Below, in pieces: positions 1-12,129 of a stretch of 64,000 bases of DNA (positions are counted from its first letter, which is position 1; each line of letters starts with the position of its first letter). The stretch lies in the NCBI GenBank assembly GCA_010909165.1, contig MU008177.1, positions 1 to 64,000 of the forward strand, written 5' to 3'. Both the position numbers and the translations under genes were made by a program. This DNA comes from Anthoceros angustus. Taxonomy: Eukaryota; Plantae; Anthocerotophyta. Under the pieces are notes generated by a model. That model was not told where the DNA came from and ran no database searches. It worked only from the letters and a program-made list of their open reading frames with translations.

Positions 1-430
1 CGGTTAATGCAATTGTAATGACTTCCTCGTACCATATGGTGATGGTACGTGAATCATTCTTCTGCGGCGCTTTGGTGGGCTCACGTCTTAGGGGGCATGA
101 CACCGCCTCGCCTCCACATAAATGCGGATGGGTGTGTAGAACTGTATAGCATCGAGATCTCGAGTTCGCCGCCCACTCCGTGCTCCTCTTCATCCTTTTG
201 ACATAGTCGGTGAAGTCCCTTGACTACATCCTCGTAAGTCCGCCTTTGTCTTTCCAACTCAACCGGCCGAGGGCGTCGCCACACGCCTTGCGCCTCGTCA
301 TCCAACGGTGGTTTCGAACCATGGAAGTTTGAGGCGCCACGGAGAATAGGCACTTGTCCCCTCGCAACGCGCCCAACCGTACTCATCTTGTTTGAGTATC
401 CGAGTTCCTTTAGGTGCTACAAAGGGACCA
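1..430 (-). mobile_element. Probable retrotransposon gag remnant, truncated by the window edge
   Basis: ORF 81..386 contains a gag-like ELERQRRTYEDVVKGLHRLCQKDEEE segment. No other domains seen. Confidence 0.35.
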
Positions 431-2280
431 AAAATAGTTGTCGGCGCCGTCTTTTCACGCTTGTTCACTACTTTTGATGGTGTACATGTGTCGCGTGTCT
501 TTGTTCTCTTGCACGTTTTGCCGCCTCACCTTGGGCGATGCATCCAAGTCCCATAGTTTGCGTTTAACCCCAACGCCTCATCGATTCTCTTGAGTCGCAA
601 GACTAGCTGCAATTTGTCTCTCAAGCTTTCAATGTTGCCAAGTCAAGAAAAACTTTGTGCCTAGTTTTAGAACCGGGGCCCTACTTATACCTTTGAGCTA
701 TAACGAACGCACCATGCTCCAAGGAGAAACATGTCCTTGACCTTCGACACATGTGGTTTTTATTTAGAGAATGTCGACACATGTGATTTGGGGCATGAGA
801 GGAAAAATCCGGGATCGGAAGATTAATGCACCAAATTCTCTAGAAAAGCGACAAAGCTTGCAACAGGGATGCTCAATAGTAGTTAGGAAAACTAGAGGAC
901 AAAGGAGAAACATGTCCTTGACCTTCGAATCATTTAATTTTATTTAGAGGATACTCAAAAGGAGAATAGGATAAATCATCGAATGCATGAGACTTTAACT
1001 TTGATTATTTCAAACATATTACATATCAAATAAATAAAAATTAAAAAATTATATATCGCGATGATTTTCAAAATGTGAGGATTATTGCCTAAGAATTTTT
1101 TGATGTTGCTACTATGTTTGTAGGTGTTCCTTAGTATTAGGTGTCCTACTTTGTTCATTGTTGAATGCAAACCTTTAGATCGTGATTGCTGGATTGTTTC
1201 ACATTTTACCTCAGACTAAGAGAGAAGAGTAGATGTTACATTAAGTAGATTAGGGGAATCCATCTACCCTCAAGACTCAAGAAGGAACAACCCAAAAGTG
1301 TTGCCAATAGTAAAGGGAAGTCCTAGGTCCTTTCATCGCCTTCTTCCCATAACTACCCTCATCGCACTCAATGATATCGTGATCAGGGATGATGAAAGGC
1401 TAAGACATTTTACCTAAGACTAAGTACTTCTATATAGTTTGGGTTTATTTAACCTTGGATCTTCAAATAAAATCTTTCCTACATGTATGAGAGCCATAAA
1501 ACGATGGTTTGGCATCTCAATAAGAAAACTTGACCTTTCAGACAAAGTTTTTATGTTCAATAAAATTCTTTTTAGGTAGGCCTTTTCTACTGCCTACTTA
1601 TGACATCATGCATGGAATACATAGATAATTAGCTGTATAGTATTTGTGAGAATAGTTCTCCAATTCTCGGTGCCCTTTAGAATCTTCTTTCACATTGCTC
1701 TGGTGTGAGTGGGATCATCCCATATTTGTACAAATTTCAAGCCCTTATGGGTCTTGCTGGGTCTTAAACGGGCATACATACAAAGAGCAGCCAAGGTCAC
1801 ACCAGTCTGCTACCCTGCAGCCCTCTCCAGTGCAGACATGGGACTTACCAAGAAACGTGCCCCCAACAAGCGTCTGGATGGCCAGGTCTCATCTGGACTA
1901 GATTGGGGCATCCTGAGGAGTGCTGGCCTCGGAAGCCTCTGCTCCTCAAAGCCGAAGCATTTGCCCTGGGAACTTGAGGAATCTGGCCTGGACGCTGAAC
2001 CCATCCTGGAACAACACATTCCTCTTTGCGTGACAATGCTGAAGCACATATGTACTTGTTCGCCAAAGGAAGAAGTTGGGGCCAGAAGAGGCTCACATGT
2101 GGGGCCATGCACTCGAACTTGTTCACCTGTCTACGGCAGCCAGCCAGCAACACACAGCCTGAGCCGATGAGAGCCCCGCCAGGGCGATGCTGGAACTGTA
2201 GCACATCGCCGTTCGTCTTTGCGCGCAACATAGCAGCGTTGGTTGTGAGCATACATCATCGGCTTCGGTAGGGTCGTTTA

Positions 2281-2550
2281 TACAAACGAAAACCCATCTG
2301 GATACCCATCTGGATACAAACGAAAACCCATCTGGATACAAACGAAAACCCATCTGGATACAACCGAAAACCCATCTGGATACAAACGAAAACCCATCTG
2401 AATACAACCGAAAACCCATCTGAATACAAACGAAAACCCATCTGGATACAAACGAAAACCCATCTGAATACAAACGAAAACCCATCTGGATACAAACGAA
2501 AACCACCTGGATACAAACGAAAACCCATCTGGATACAAACGAAAAACATT
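2281..2550. repeat. 22-bp minisatellite (AAACGAAAACCCATCTGGATAC), about 12 copies
   Basis: Head-to-tail copies read directly, with few substitutions and one partial unit. Lies downstream of the RPS3 stop. Confidence 0.95.
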
Positions 2551-2837
2551 TTGATACGAACAATCTACAAGTCGCTGCTAGTTTGGCAAGGGCATAGCGC
2601 AAGCGAGGGCCCCAATGGCACGGACACAACTCTGTACACTCTTCAGAAAGGTAAGGAAGAGACCCCCCACAAGATTTTCAAGCTGCTAAGCCGGAGGTGC
2701 TAAGGAACACAAATACTGGGGTACAGCACAACCCTGTTCCTCACAAAAAAGCTTGGCGGTCACATTTGTAACCGTCACCACTTCCTTATTTCAGACCCCG
2801 CTCGAGCTGCTAGACTAAACAATTCAGCTTCTACAGT

Positions 2838-3817
2838 CTACAGCTCCACTTCTTTACCGATGTAGGGCTTGGACGCGTACTCCTCTTCCTCCTTAGGACT
2901 GTGGATGGTGACCATATCCGGCAACGGGGTCATGGGGCCTTGCTTGCCCTTCGGGTCCCAGTCCAACATAATCTTGACCTTGATTCCCAGCACTCCCTGC
3001 CGCAGCAATACATGCCTTACTGCGCTATCAATGTACTCATTCACAGGGCTGCCAGACGAGATCATATAACCGTCCTTGAACTTCATGGATTTGGCACGCT
3101 GTGCCCGCAGCTTCCCACTGACAATCACTTCGCAACCCTTGGCTCCACTCTCCATGATAAACCTCAACACACCGTAACAGGCCCTGCGAACAGCCAGACC
3201 ACCCAGCAACTTGTACCGGAGCGACTCGGCCTGGGCAATGGCACAGAGGCCGCGGTTGTTCACCTTCTCGGCATACAGCTCCACTGTGTTTTCAGGGAAG
3301 CTAAACCTCTTCTGCACAGCGGAGGTCAGCTCCCTGATTCGTCGCCCCTTCTCACCAAGGACGTTCTGTGTCCGGGTCGCACGGATGATAATCTCAGTCC
3401 GCATCGGAGTCACGCGGACCTCCACGCCGGAGTAACCGTCCTCAGCTAGCTCCCTCGTAAGCATCTCATTCAGCTCCGCAAAGAAGACACCATCCGCAAC
3501 GAACTGTAGTGAATTGCAGAGCATCAGTCACCACACTCCACGAGTCGGTTCACACAGAGCCACGCCATATTTTCAAAATCTAGAAAACACTGCCAATCGG
3601 GGATTGGAAAACCAATTCCCCCGACGCATCTTTTAACCAGCACTGCTTCAGCAGCTGCAAGCTCCATCGCCCAGAAAAACCTAAGAAATCCTCTAGTAGC
3701 AATGGCAACAGCCAACTGACTTCCCGTTCAAGCAAAACATAGCTTCCCACATACACTACACAGGAACACAAGGAGACAGTAATAAACCTTTCGCTTCTTG
3801 CTCATTTGTGTCGCCAT
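2838..3817 (-). CDS. RPS3: 40S ribosomal protein S3 (uS3), 2 exons: 3817-3788 and 3503-2838
   Basis: [10 protein letters not shown]|[33 protein letters not shown]...[24 protein letters not shown] intron 3787-3504; no frameshift. Confidence 0.98.
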
Positions 3818-4362
3818 GTTGGGCGCGTCAACTGATAGGCACCTCTCGGAATACCAAGGAAGTCGGAAAGATGACCGCCGCGAGCAGATTCCGCCAGCTC
3901 CAGGCGCAGGAGGAACAAAAGCGCAGAAAGGTCTCCCTGACACGGCTTGCCGTCTTTCTCGTGTGCGGACGACGAAAAGGAGCCCTAACCCTAAGAAACA
4001 GGGTCAGGGCGTTCTTATATGTATGTAGGACGCTGATGATGTTAGATGCCGTGTATATCTCGGAACCGCAAGACCAGCATAGAAGAAGACGAATCTACCT
4101 ATTATAGTCTACTAAAAAGGGCGGCATAGATAGTGTATGTATTCGTTTATTTCCAATGTTGGGGGGGTTCAGGCCCTTCAGGGTACTGTATAAACATGTT
4201 TGTAGACTCACGGGGCCCATCGGGTTTTCCTTTCACACATCTTTGTAACAGACGGGATCATCCACCTCGTAATAAAGATCGCTACTTTCTTAAGCGGGGT
4301 TTTAACTTTTTGAAGGTGGCCTGGTCCATGACCACTGAGAACGCAGCTTCAAGCTTGAGACC
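3818..4362. promoter_or_regulatory. Shared divergent promoter region of RPS3 and SKI2
   Basis: 545 bp between the two divergent start codons. Telo-box-like AACCCTAA at 3987-3994 and site-II TGGGCC (minus strand, 4214-4219), both typical of plant ribosomal protein promoters. Confidence 0.55.
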
Positions 4363-7300
4363 ATGGCGAGTGCTCGTGTTGGTAATTTCATCTTCACCTG
4401 TACCTGCTTCTAGCATTCGTTGTAGTGGAATGTGCCTCTGGCCTGTTAACGGATTGGTATTGCAGGCGGAGACTTCCCTTTCGAGGTATCGTTAAGTGGC
4501 TACAGTGGACACCTTCAGATCCAGCCACTGCCTCCTGTATCCCGTGATACTGCACTGAACACTCTGCCGGGCCTTATTTTGGTAACGCTTTAGTTGAATG
4601 TGCGAAGTTTCGCTGTGAATTATGCTTCAACTCTATCTTGAGTTGAAGCGTTTTGGTAAAGCATCTGAAGTTCTTCTAAGGGGGAACTGTTTGGTGGTTG
4701 TGCAGCCCCCTCCCGTGGCCCCAGAAGCTCCAGAAACGCTTTTGAAAAGTATTGAGGACAGGTACCTGCTTCCTTCCCTTGATGACACGGATTTTAATGT
4801 AGAGGAGGATGGAAGGTACTGGGATTTTGATTGGTACACAGAGAGCAGTCATCAGCTGCAACCATGTCTGCCTCGGTTTGCTCTGGTACCGTTGTGGGAG
4901 CCACCATGGCGAAGGAAAAAAATAGGTCGGGAGGCTGAGTCGAATGGGCATCCGAAACTTGGCTCATCGAAGGATGACAAAGAGGAAATGGATTGGATTC
5001 CGCAGTTTGAGCAAGTATGCACTATGCCTCATTTTCAGCCATCTGCGCTTTTGTATGCAGTACAAGGACTTATGGGGGTGATTGTGAACGTGGTGTTTTC
5101 TGGCTGTTGTTTACTCCGGTGAAACATTTCAGATTGAGATCACTAACGCTGGAGCTAAGCCACATAACTCCTCATCCATTCTCCGTACGCCTGGCCCACC
5201 AGGTGAGTTCGTGAAAGGAAGGACAAGTAACCACCCCTTCAGGCCAGGGGGGATTGAGATCAGTTCAGCTCCACAACAGGACGCTGTTGAGGGAGCCTGG
5301 AATGGAGAATGGTTGTGTGAAGTCTTAGAAGGAGGCACATGTCAAACTGTTCCTCCTGGTTTCAAGCAAGGAATGGACTTTGGTGCCGCCAAGGTGAGAA
5401 TTTTGTTGGAAGCAGAAAGTTCAGGACCCTTCTGTATAATCTGGAGGCAGCTGTTACCGTCGTCCGTACTATTGGATCGTACAATCTGGGCTTCACAACT
5501 CTTGTTTGCTGTGCTTTGGCAGCCGCTTACCAGGCGTAGGCATATGTACACAACTCCTGCTGATCAGCCGCAAGTTGATATGTCTGATGCCAAGGTATAG
5601 AGGAAACACTTCCCACTGTAGGGGAAACATTGTGTCCTATATGAGTAGATGTCTTCTGCTGATTTTTTGCACATTCTTGCGTGACGCTGACTACGTTGAC
5701 CATGCAGGAGGAGAAATCACCCTTTATGGATGTGGCATTCGATGAGACAGTTGAGGATACGAACAAGGTGGAAAATGTAGAGGGTAAGTGGAGGATATAG
5801 ATATCTTACTGTGGTACAAAGGAGCACAATACTTCTCTATGTTCTGCACTTAGCTGCACAACATAGAGAAGCATTTCAGCTCTACATAGTTTGATATGTA
5901 AACTGACGTCAAGTTTTGCCTTAGGTGGATTGGCAAAGGAACAAGAGTTAGATGATCTGGACGCTGGTGCTCACGAGTATTTGGATATAATGGAAGTAGA
6001 CCTTTTGCAAGACATGGTGGCTGCTACTAAGTCTGTATTGGAGACACTGAACAAGGTCAAGACGAGCAATCAACAGTCCAAATCAGAGGTGAGTCTTCTG
6101 ATTGTTATGTTCTGAGCCCCCCCTTGATTATAGGCAACGGTACATCAATCATTGGATTATGTCTCTATACTCTGTTTGCTGATGCTGATAGTGAGCACCG
6201 GAATGTGATGTAATAATGTCTGGACTAGGTTTGGGCTGTTATGGACAGAGTGGAGGGCATCGATGAACGTTTCTCAGATCTAGTGCCTGACATGGCAATG
6301 CGTTTTCCATTCAAATTGGATATTTTCCAGAAAGAGGTAAGCAATTTTCTGAGTGTTGTGTGCAGTTCGCCATCTTGTGGTCAGTGTGTAAGGTCTTTGC
6401 TTTCTATCGTTCTGTCAAGATGAAGCCATCTTCAAGATACTGATGCTTGTGGGGACTCGTGGATTGATGGGTACGCAGGCAATCTACCATTTAGAGAGGA
6501 ATGAGTCAGTTTTTGTCGCAGCACATACCTCAGCTGGAAAAACAGTGGTTGCTGAATATGCCTTTGCACTAGCTGCCAAGGTGAGTGTGGCTCCCCTTAT
6601 GCTGGAGAGCATGTGAAGCAGTTACATTATGATGTGTCCCCTTCACCTGATTAATTTGTGTTTCATGAAATCCATTAGCACTGCACAAGGGCTGTGTACA
6701 CCTCACCAATAAAGACAATCAGTAACCAGAAGTATCGAGATTTTAGCGAGAAATTTGATGTGGGCCTTCTGACTGGTGATGTCAGTATACGACCAGATGC
6801 ATCCTGCTTAATAATGACAACGGAGATACTGCGCTCTATGTTATATAAAGGAGCGGATATAGTGAGGGACATTGAGTGGGTATGGTTCTCTGCATCACTC
6901 AAGCCCAGTTTTCTGTTTTCTTTCGTGGGTTGGAGCTGATTCTTGTTTCTTTCTTCATCAGGTGATCTTTGACGAAGTGCACTATGTGAACGACATAGAG
7001 AGGGGTGTGGTGTGGGAGGAGGTGATAATCATGCTGCCAGAGCATGTCAATATGGTGCTATTGTCAGCCACGGTTAGTTTTCAACTGAATCCTTAGACCT
7101 TACCTTCTTTTCTTTCGAACAGTGTTTGGCTGGTTATATCCAGCTTCTATCTGAAAGCAGCTGGGTTTCATTATTTTCCCAGGTGCCAAACACACAAGAC
7201 TTTGCTGGCTGGATTGGTCGGACAAAAAAGAAGAAGATTTATGTTACAGGGTATGGTCAACTTCTTTTTTAAGTGTCGCTTCATCATGGCAGGCCTGCAT

Positions 7301-10300
7301 GTGCCACCCTTTGACTGTTGTTGGTGGTTCTGTTCTGCAGAACAACTAGGAGACCTGTGCCGCTTGAGCACTGTCTGTACTATTCAGGGGAGCTTTACAG
7401 GATATGTGAGCAAGAAAGGTTTCTCGAGGAGGGCATTAAACAAGCGAAGGAGGCACATCATGCAAAAACGGCTCCTAAGCCTGCCACTGGAGGATCACGG
7501 GGGGTTCCTGTTCCTAGTAGAGGGGGTGCTATGGCTGGCCGGGGTGTTAGTAGAGGAGCACAAGGAAATCAAGGACGGGGAAGAGGCCCTCCCAAAACTG
7601 GGGCAGGTGGACAAGCACAGAAAATTGTGCAGGCTGCAATCGGCAGTACTAACGGTGGATGGCGATCAGAGACTTCTCAATGGTATTCTCTCGTCAACAA
7701 GCTTTCGAAGATGAATCTATTGCCGGTATGTGTCGTGGCTGGTATTGGGTAAGAAGCCCAAAAGAAGCTGCAAGAGGTTGAATTCATTAGTGCAACAGCA
7801 ACTCTTGCAGCTAGGACTCATTCTCCCGTTTTTTTTTGCTTCTGGGAACTCATGCAGATAGTGGTATTTTGCTTCTCCAAAACTCGATGTGATCAGTCAG
7901 CAGACAGTTTAACTGCCTCTGATTTGACAACGGGCTCTGAAAAGAGTGTCATCAGAGTATTCTGTGACAAGGCGTTTTCACGTCTTAAGGGAACTGATCG
8001 CAAGCTTCCTCAGGTAATGGCTATGTTTATCTGGTGCTGAACTGGTTTCAGTAAGCAGGGACTTCGTCTTCTTAAATTTGTGTTTCGTCAGGTTGTTAGA
8101 GTGGAGGAGCTGCTGCGTCGTGGTATTGGCGTGCACCATGCTGGGTTACTTCCAATTGTGAAGGAAGTAGTAGAGATGCTTTTCTGCCGTGGCGTGATCA
8201 AGGTGTGTAACAATCCAAATCCTGCAGCATGGTTCTCAGTATTTTCAGGCTTGCCCATTGTGTTTTTCCTCCGTCCGCTGGTTTTCCCTTTGCGGCATAT
8301 CTGTAGTCTCACCTCGTACTGGTGTTTGCTATCTGCTAGGTTTTGTTCTCCACTGAAACGTTTGCTATGGGTGTGAACGCACCAGCTCGAACGGTTAGTG
8401 CTGTTCCCGTTTTGTGATTTTGCTTCTATTCATGGTTTCTTTCCAGCACAAAATGCGAAAAAGGTTGAAACGCGTTAGTTCGTGTGTGAGGAGAGCATGC
8501 TAAAGCGAGGTGCCTGGTGCAGGTGGCCTTCCACAGTCTGAGCAAGCATGACGGGAGGAGTTTTAGGCAGCTGCTTCCTGGAGAGTACACACAGATGGCT
8601 GGTCGAGCAGGGCGTCGTGGCCTGGACAAGGTATGACTTGTAATTCCAGAGTTGTGGTTGAGATTTTCATCTTACGTAACATGCAGCCACCTGATGCCAA
8701 GCATAAGCCTAATAGTGAGTTATTTCGTAGTTTAAGCACTGAAGAGGTACCAACTCGAGGCGTTTGTTTCAGGTGGGCACCGTCCTTATTATGTGCTGGG
8801 AGGAGATTCCTGAGGAGGGCGTTTTGAAACGGCTGCTGACAGGCAAACCAACAAAGTTGGAGTCACAGTTTCGCCTGACTTACAGCATGATATTGAACCT
8901 TCTTCGAGTAGAAGATTTGAAGGTACCTTCCTTGGCTTTGTTTGAGTTTGGAAGCTACTGTTCTATACTGTTAGATAATAATTGACATGAAACAATTATC
9001 CTGACCTGAAGGTTGAAGATATGTTGAAGCGTAGCTTCGCCGAGTTCCATGCACAGCGTGCTTTACCTGAGCAGGAATCGCTACTGCGTGAAAAAGAGGG
9101 GTCGCTTTCGCAGTTGAATGAAACAATTGAGTAAGTTATTACACGCTGAGGACCGTTTCTCTGACTTGCGTGACCATGGATCTTGACAGTCAAGTCAACT
9201 ATGGGTTCTGCGCAACAGGTGCATACTAGGAGATGCCAGCATTGAAGATTATTATGATGTCTTTTTTGAGGTGGGAAAGCTGGGAGCACAAATCCAGGAC
9301 ACCATAACGCAATCAAGGGCATTCCAGCAGTGCATTACTCCAGGAAGGATTGTCCTGATTCAAGGGCCTCCTGTAAGTAACCTTGGTTGAGTCTGGAATG
9401 TACTGGCTGGTGTTAGCGGGAACTTGAGAACTAATGACAAAGTTCACAATGCAGGAACTAGTCCCTCGTCTGGCAGTTGTTATAAAGCAACCAAGTCCAA
9501 GTAACAAGTTTCCAATTGTGCTAGCTGTGCACGGTGGTCCCATTCCTGTGACATCTTCCTCCATTGCAGCGGGGCAGGCCGCCAACCTTAGCAAATCATT
9601 AGCAGACGAAGGCTTTGTCATCAGCAGAAAAGGGAACCTAAACGACGACGAGTATGTGGTGAAGGGTCGAAATTTCAAGAAGGCTTCCGGAGCGAAACAA
9701 GTTGCTCTTCCCTACTATGAGACGTCCAACGGCACCTCTTATGTGATTATGGAGGTAGAGAACAAAAACTTTGTAAGTATATGTGTGAACAAGATCAGGG
9801 TAGATGGTGCTCGTCTCCTAGAAGACGGAAGCACAGCTGTACGCGAAGCCGTTGTGCAGGAGCTTGCACTATTGGGGCGTGATTATTCGGCTGGAAATCT
9901 GCAAGCACTCGATCCTCTCAAAGGTGAGTCTGCCAAGTTTGTGCTGATTGGTTTGTCTATTTACAGATCCTTTCACAGAATGCAAAGCTGAAGAGAGAAC
10001 TAAGCTTGTGTCTCTGACCTTGGACGCAGACTTGAAGCTGAATGACCTGGACGTTGTGGAAAAGTACCGCAAGCGACAACTCTTGCTGGATAAATTGGCT
10101 CGAAACAAGTGTCACGGTTGTCCCAAGTTTCGGGACCACTTCTTGCTGGTCAAGGACCAGCACACGTTGAAGGAACGCGTGAAGGAACTGAAGTACAACC
10201 TTTCAGACGCAGCGCTGCAGCAAATGCCTGACTTCCAGCAGAGAGTGAGACCGTCTACAACTTCAGCCCGTTCAATCTCTAATTTTGTTCTGTGGATGAT

Positions 10301-11120
10301 TGTCTGCTGGCTTTAGCTCTGATTTATGACACCTGTCGCGCCAATGTCAGATTGAGGTGCTACAGGAAGTTGGTTGCATCGATGCCGATTTGATCGTGCA
10401 GCTCAAGGGCCGGGTTGCCTGTGAGATCAACAGTGGAGATGAGCTCATTGCCACAGAGTGCTTATTTGACAATCAACTGGATGATTTGAGCCCAGCCGAA
10501 ACGGTAGCCCTTCTCTCTGCTCTGGTGTTCCAGCAAAAGGACGCTAGTGAGCCTGTACTAACAGAGAGACTCGAATATGCGAAGGAAAGGTGCGTAAGTT
10601 GCACTGGCTTTCATTCCTCTCACAAGCGCAAGGAAGTGAAACTTGGCTTGTACGCTATCTGACATGTTGTAACCGGTGAATTCTGCTGGCCAGGCTTTAC
10701 CACACCGCCCTAAGGTTAGGAGCCATCCAAGCACGACATGGGCTGCCGATCAACGCTGAAGACTACGCTCAAGACGCGCTCAAGTTCGGCCTCATGGAAG
10801 TGGTCTACGAGTGGGCCAAGGTAAGCCAGTCCGTACATGAACCCCCTACTCCCCGTGACTCAAGCGTCATTCATTCCCTCCTAACTGCCGTGTGTGGATT
10901 CGTGCAGGGCACACCCTTCTCAGATATCTGCGAGCTCACCAATGTACCCGAGGGTTCAGTGGTACGGTCCATCGTCCGACTGGACGAGGTATGCCGGGAA
11001 TTCAAGGATGCAGCTCGTCTAATCGGAGACTCTGCTCTGTATGAAAAGATGGATGCAGCCTCCACGGCAATCAAGCGAGACATTGTCTTTGCTCCTAGCT
11101 TGTATGTCACGGCCTGTTAA
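4363..11120 (+). CDS. SKI2: SKI2-like DExH-box RNA helicase (SKI complex, cytoplasmic exosome cofactor), multi-exon
   Basis: Spliced exons give MASARVG|[59 protein letters not shown] and C-terminal [18 protein letters not shown] introns. Start codon inferred from the exon 1/2 junction. Confidence 0.95.
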
Positions 11121-11160
11121 CGCCTTAGTCTGTAATTTACTTATCCCTGTTAAAGCGGCC

Positions 11161-11806
11161 TGTGCAAGGATAAGAACGAAATAACAAGGGAGATGTTTTG
11201 TGTGGTGTGAATGAAGCTTTCTATTCTGATAGCAAGGGACCTCTGCAACAACGCCTCTTGGAGCCAACGGTGCATAGGATTCCAGTAGGCATCCTGAGTT
11301 TAAAGTAGGGCCAACTTTAGAAAAGGACTCCTGCTACAAATAGCGGCCATTGTAATCTGGAAGGGGCATTCAGCAATGGACGGGACGGAGTCCCCTTGCT
11401 CACTGCGGAACTTCTAAGTTCTTGTGCCTTGACCCTACCAGCATTCTAGCTTGGTAGTTCTTTGTGTGTCCGAGTCATATGCTTTGTGTTCTGAGGACTT
11501 GATTGGCCGTCAATGCCGCAATTCCATATGTATGTATGTATGTATGGTGCGGGACTCGGTGAGCGCAAAGACTAGGCCACATCAAGTCGTGGACGCCCTC
11601 CCCGGCCACACGGTGACAGAGCGGCAAGCCACAACTTCCCCATAGTCGACTAACACGCCCGCCTGCCCGACATGAAGAGGTCATTCGTCACCACCGCTGC
11701 TCAATAGGAAAGTCCATGGAGCATCTCGAATGTGCTAGATTACAAGTAGAAGGGTAGGGATCTCCCTCTTGGGTGGGCTGCTACCTCAAGGAAACAGTAT
11801 TTAACA
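11161..11806 (+). repeat. 5' LTR of the Tat-type element
   Basis: Aligns with 18675-19303 from TGCAAGGATAAGAACG to TATTTAACA. Exact start uncertain. Confidence 0.85.
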
Positions 11807-12129
11807 TTTGGCACGGCGGACGTGTCCTGATAGCAAGGTGTGGAAGATCAGAGATTTTGCGTTGTGCATACACCACGACTACCACATCCCTTGGGTATCA
11901 TACAACCAGCTTCCAGCATTGCTTAGTCCTAGTATGAGGAATGCTTCAAACCGACAAATAGGAATAGAGCAGAGGTAGTAAAAGGTGACCATAAAAGAAA
12001 TGATTGCTTTGCCGCTAAGATAGCCTTCCTTTTGGTTTTCCCCAACTCCTCTATCATATCGCCTCTTTCTTGCAAGGATAGTCAAAGAGTCCGCCAAAGT
12101 GTGAGTTGTTAGAAACCACCGTCCGATGA

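Noticed and set aside
720-2270. Short ORFs 976-1170, 1695-2271 and a 27-bp direct repeat at 721/902
   Set aside because: No recognisable domain or consistent exon structure; the repeat is too short to classify.
2281-2550. CRISPR-like array
   Set aside because: Units are contiguous with no unique spacers, there are no cas genes, and the context is eukaryotic. ORFs 2123-2629, 2256-2549 and 2278-2538 are by-products of the repeat.
2869-11110. Antisense and alternate-frame ORFs overlapping RPS3 and SKI2 exons
   Set aside because: Shadow ORFs of real coding exons with no independent support.
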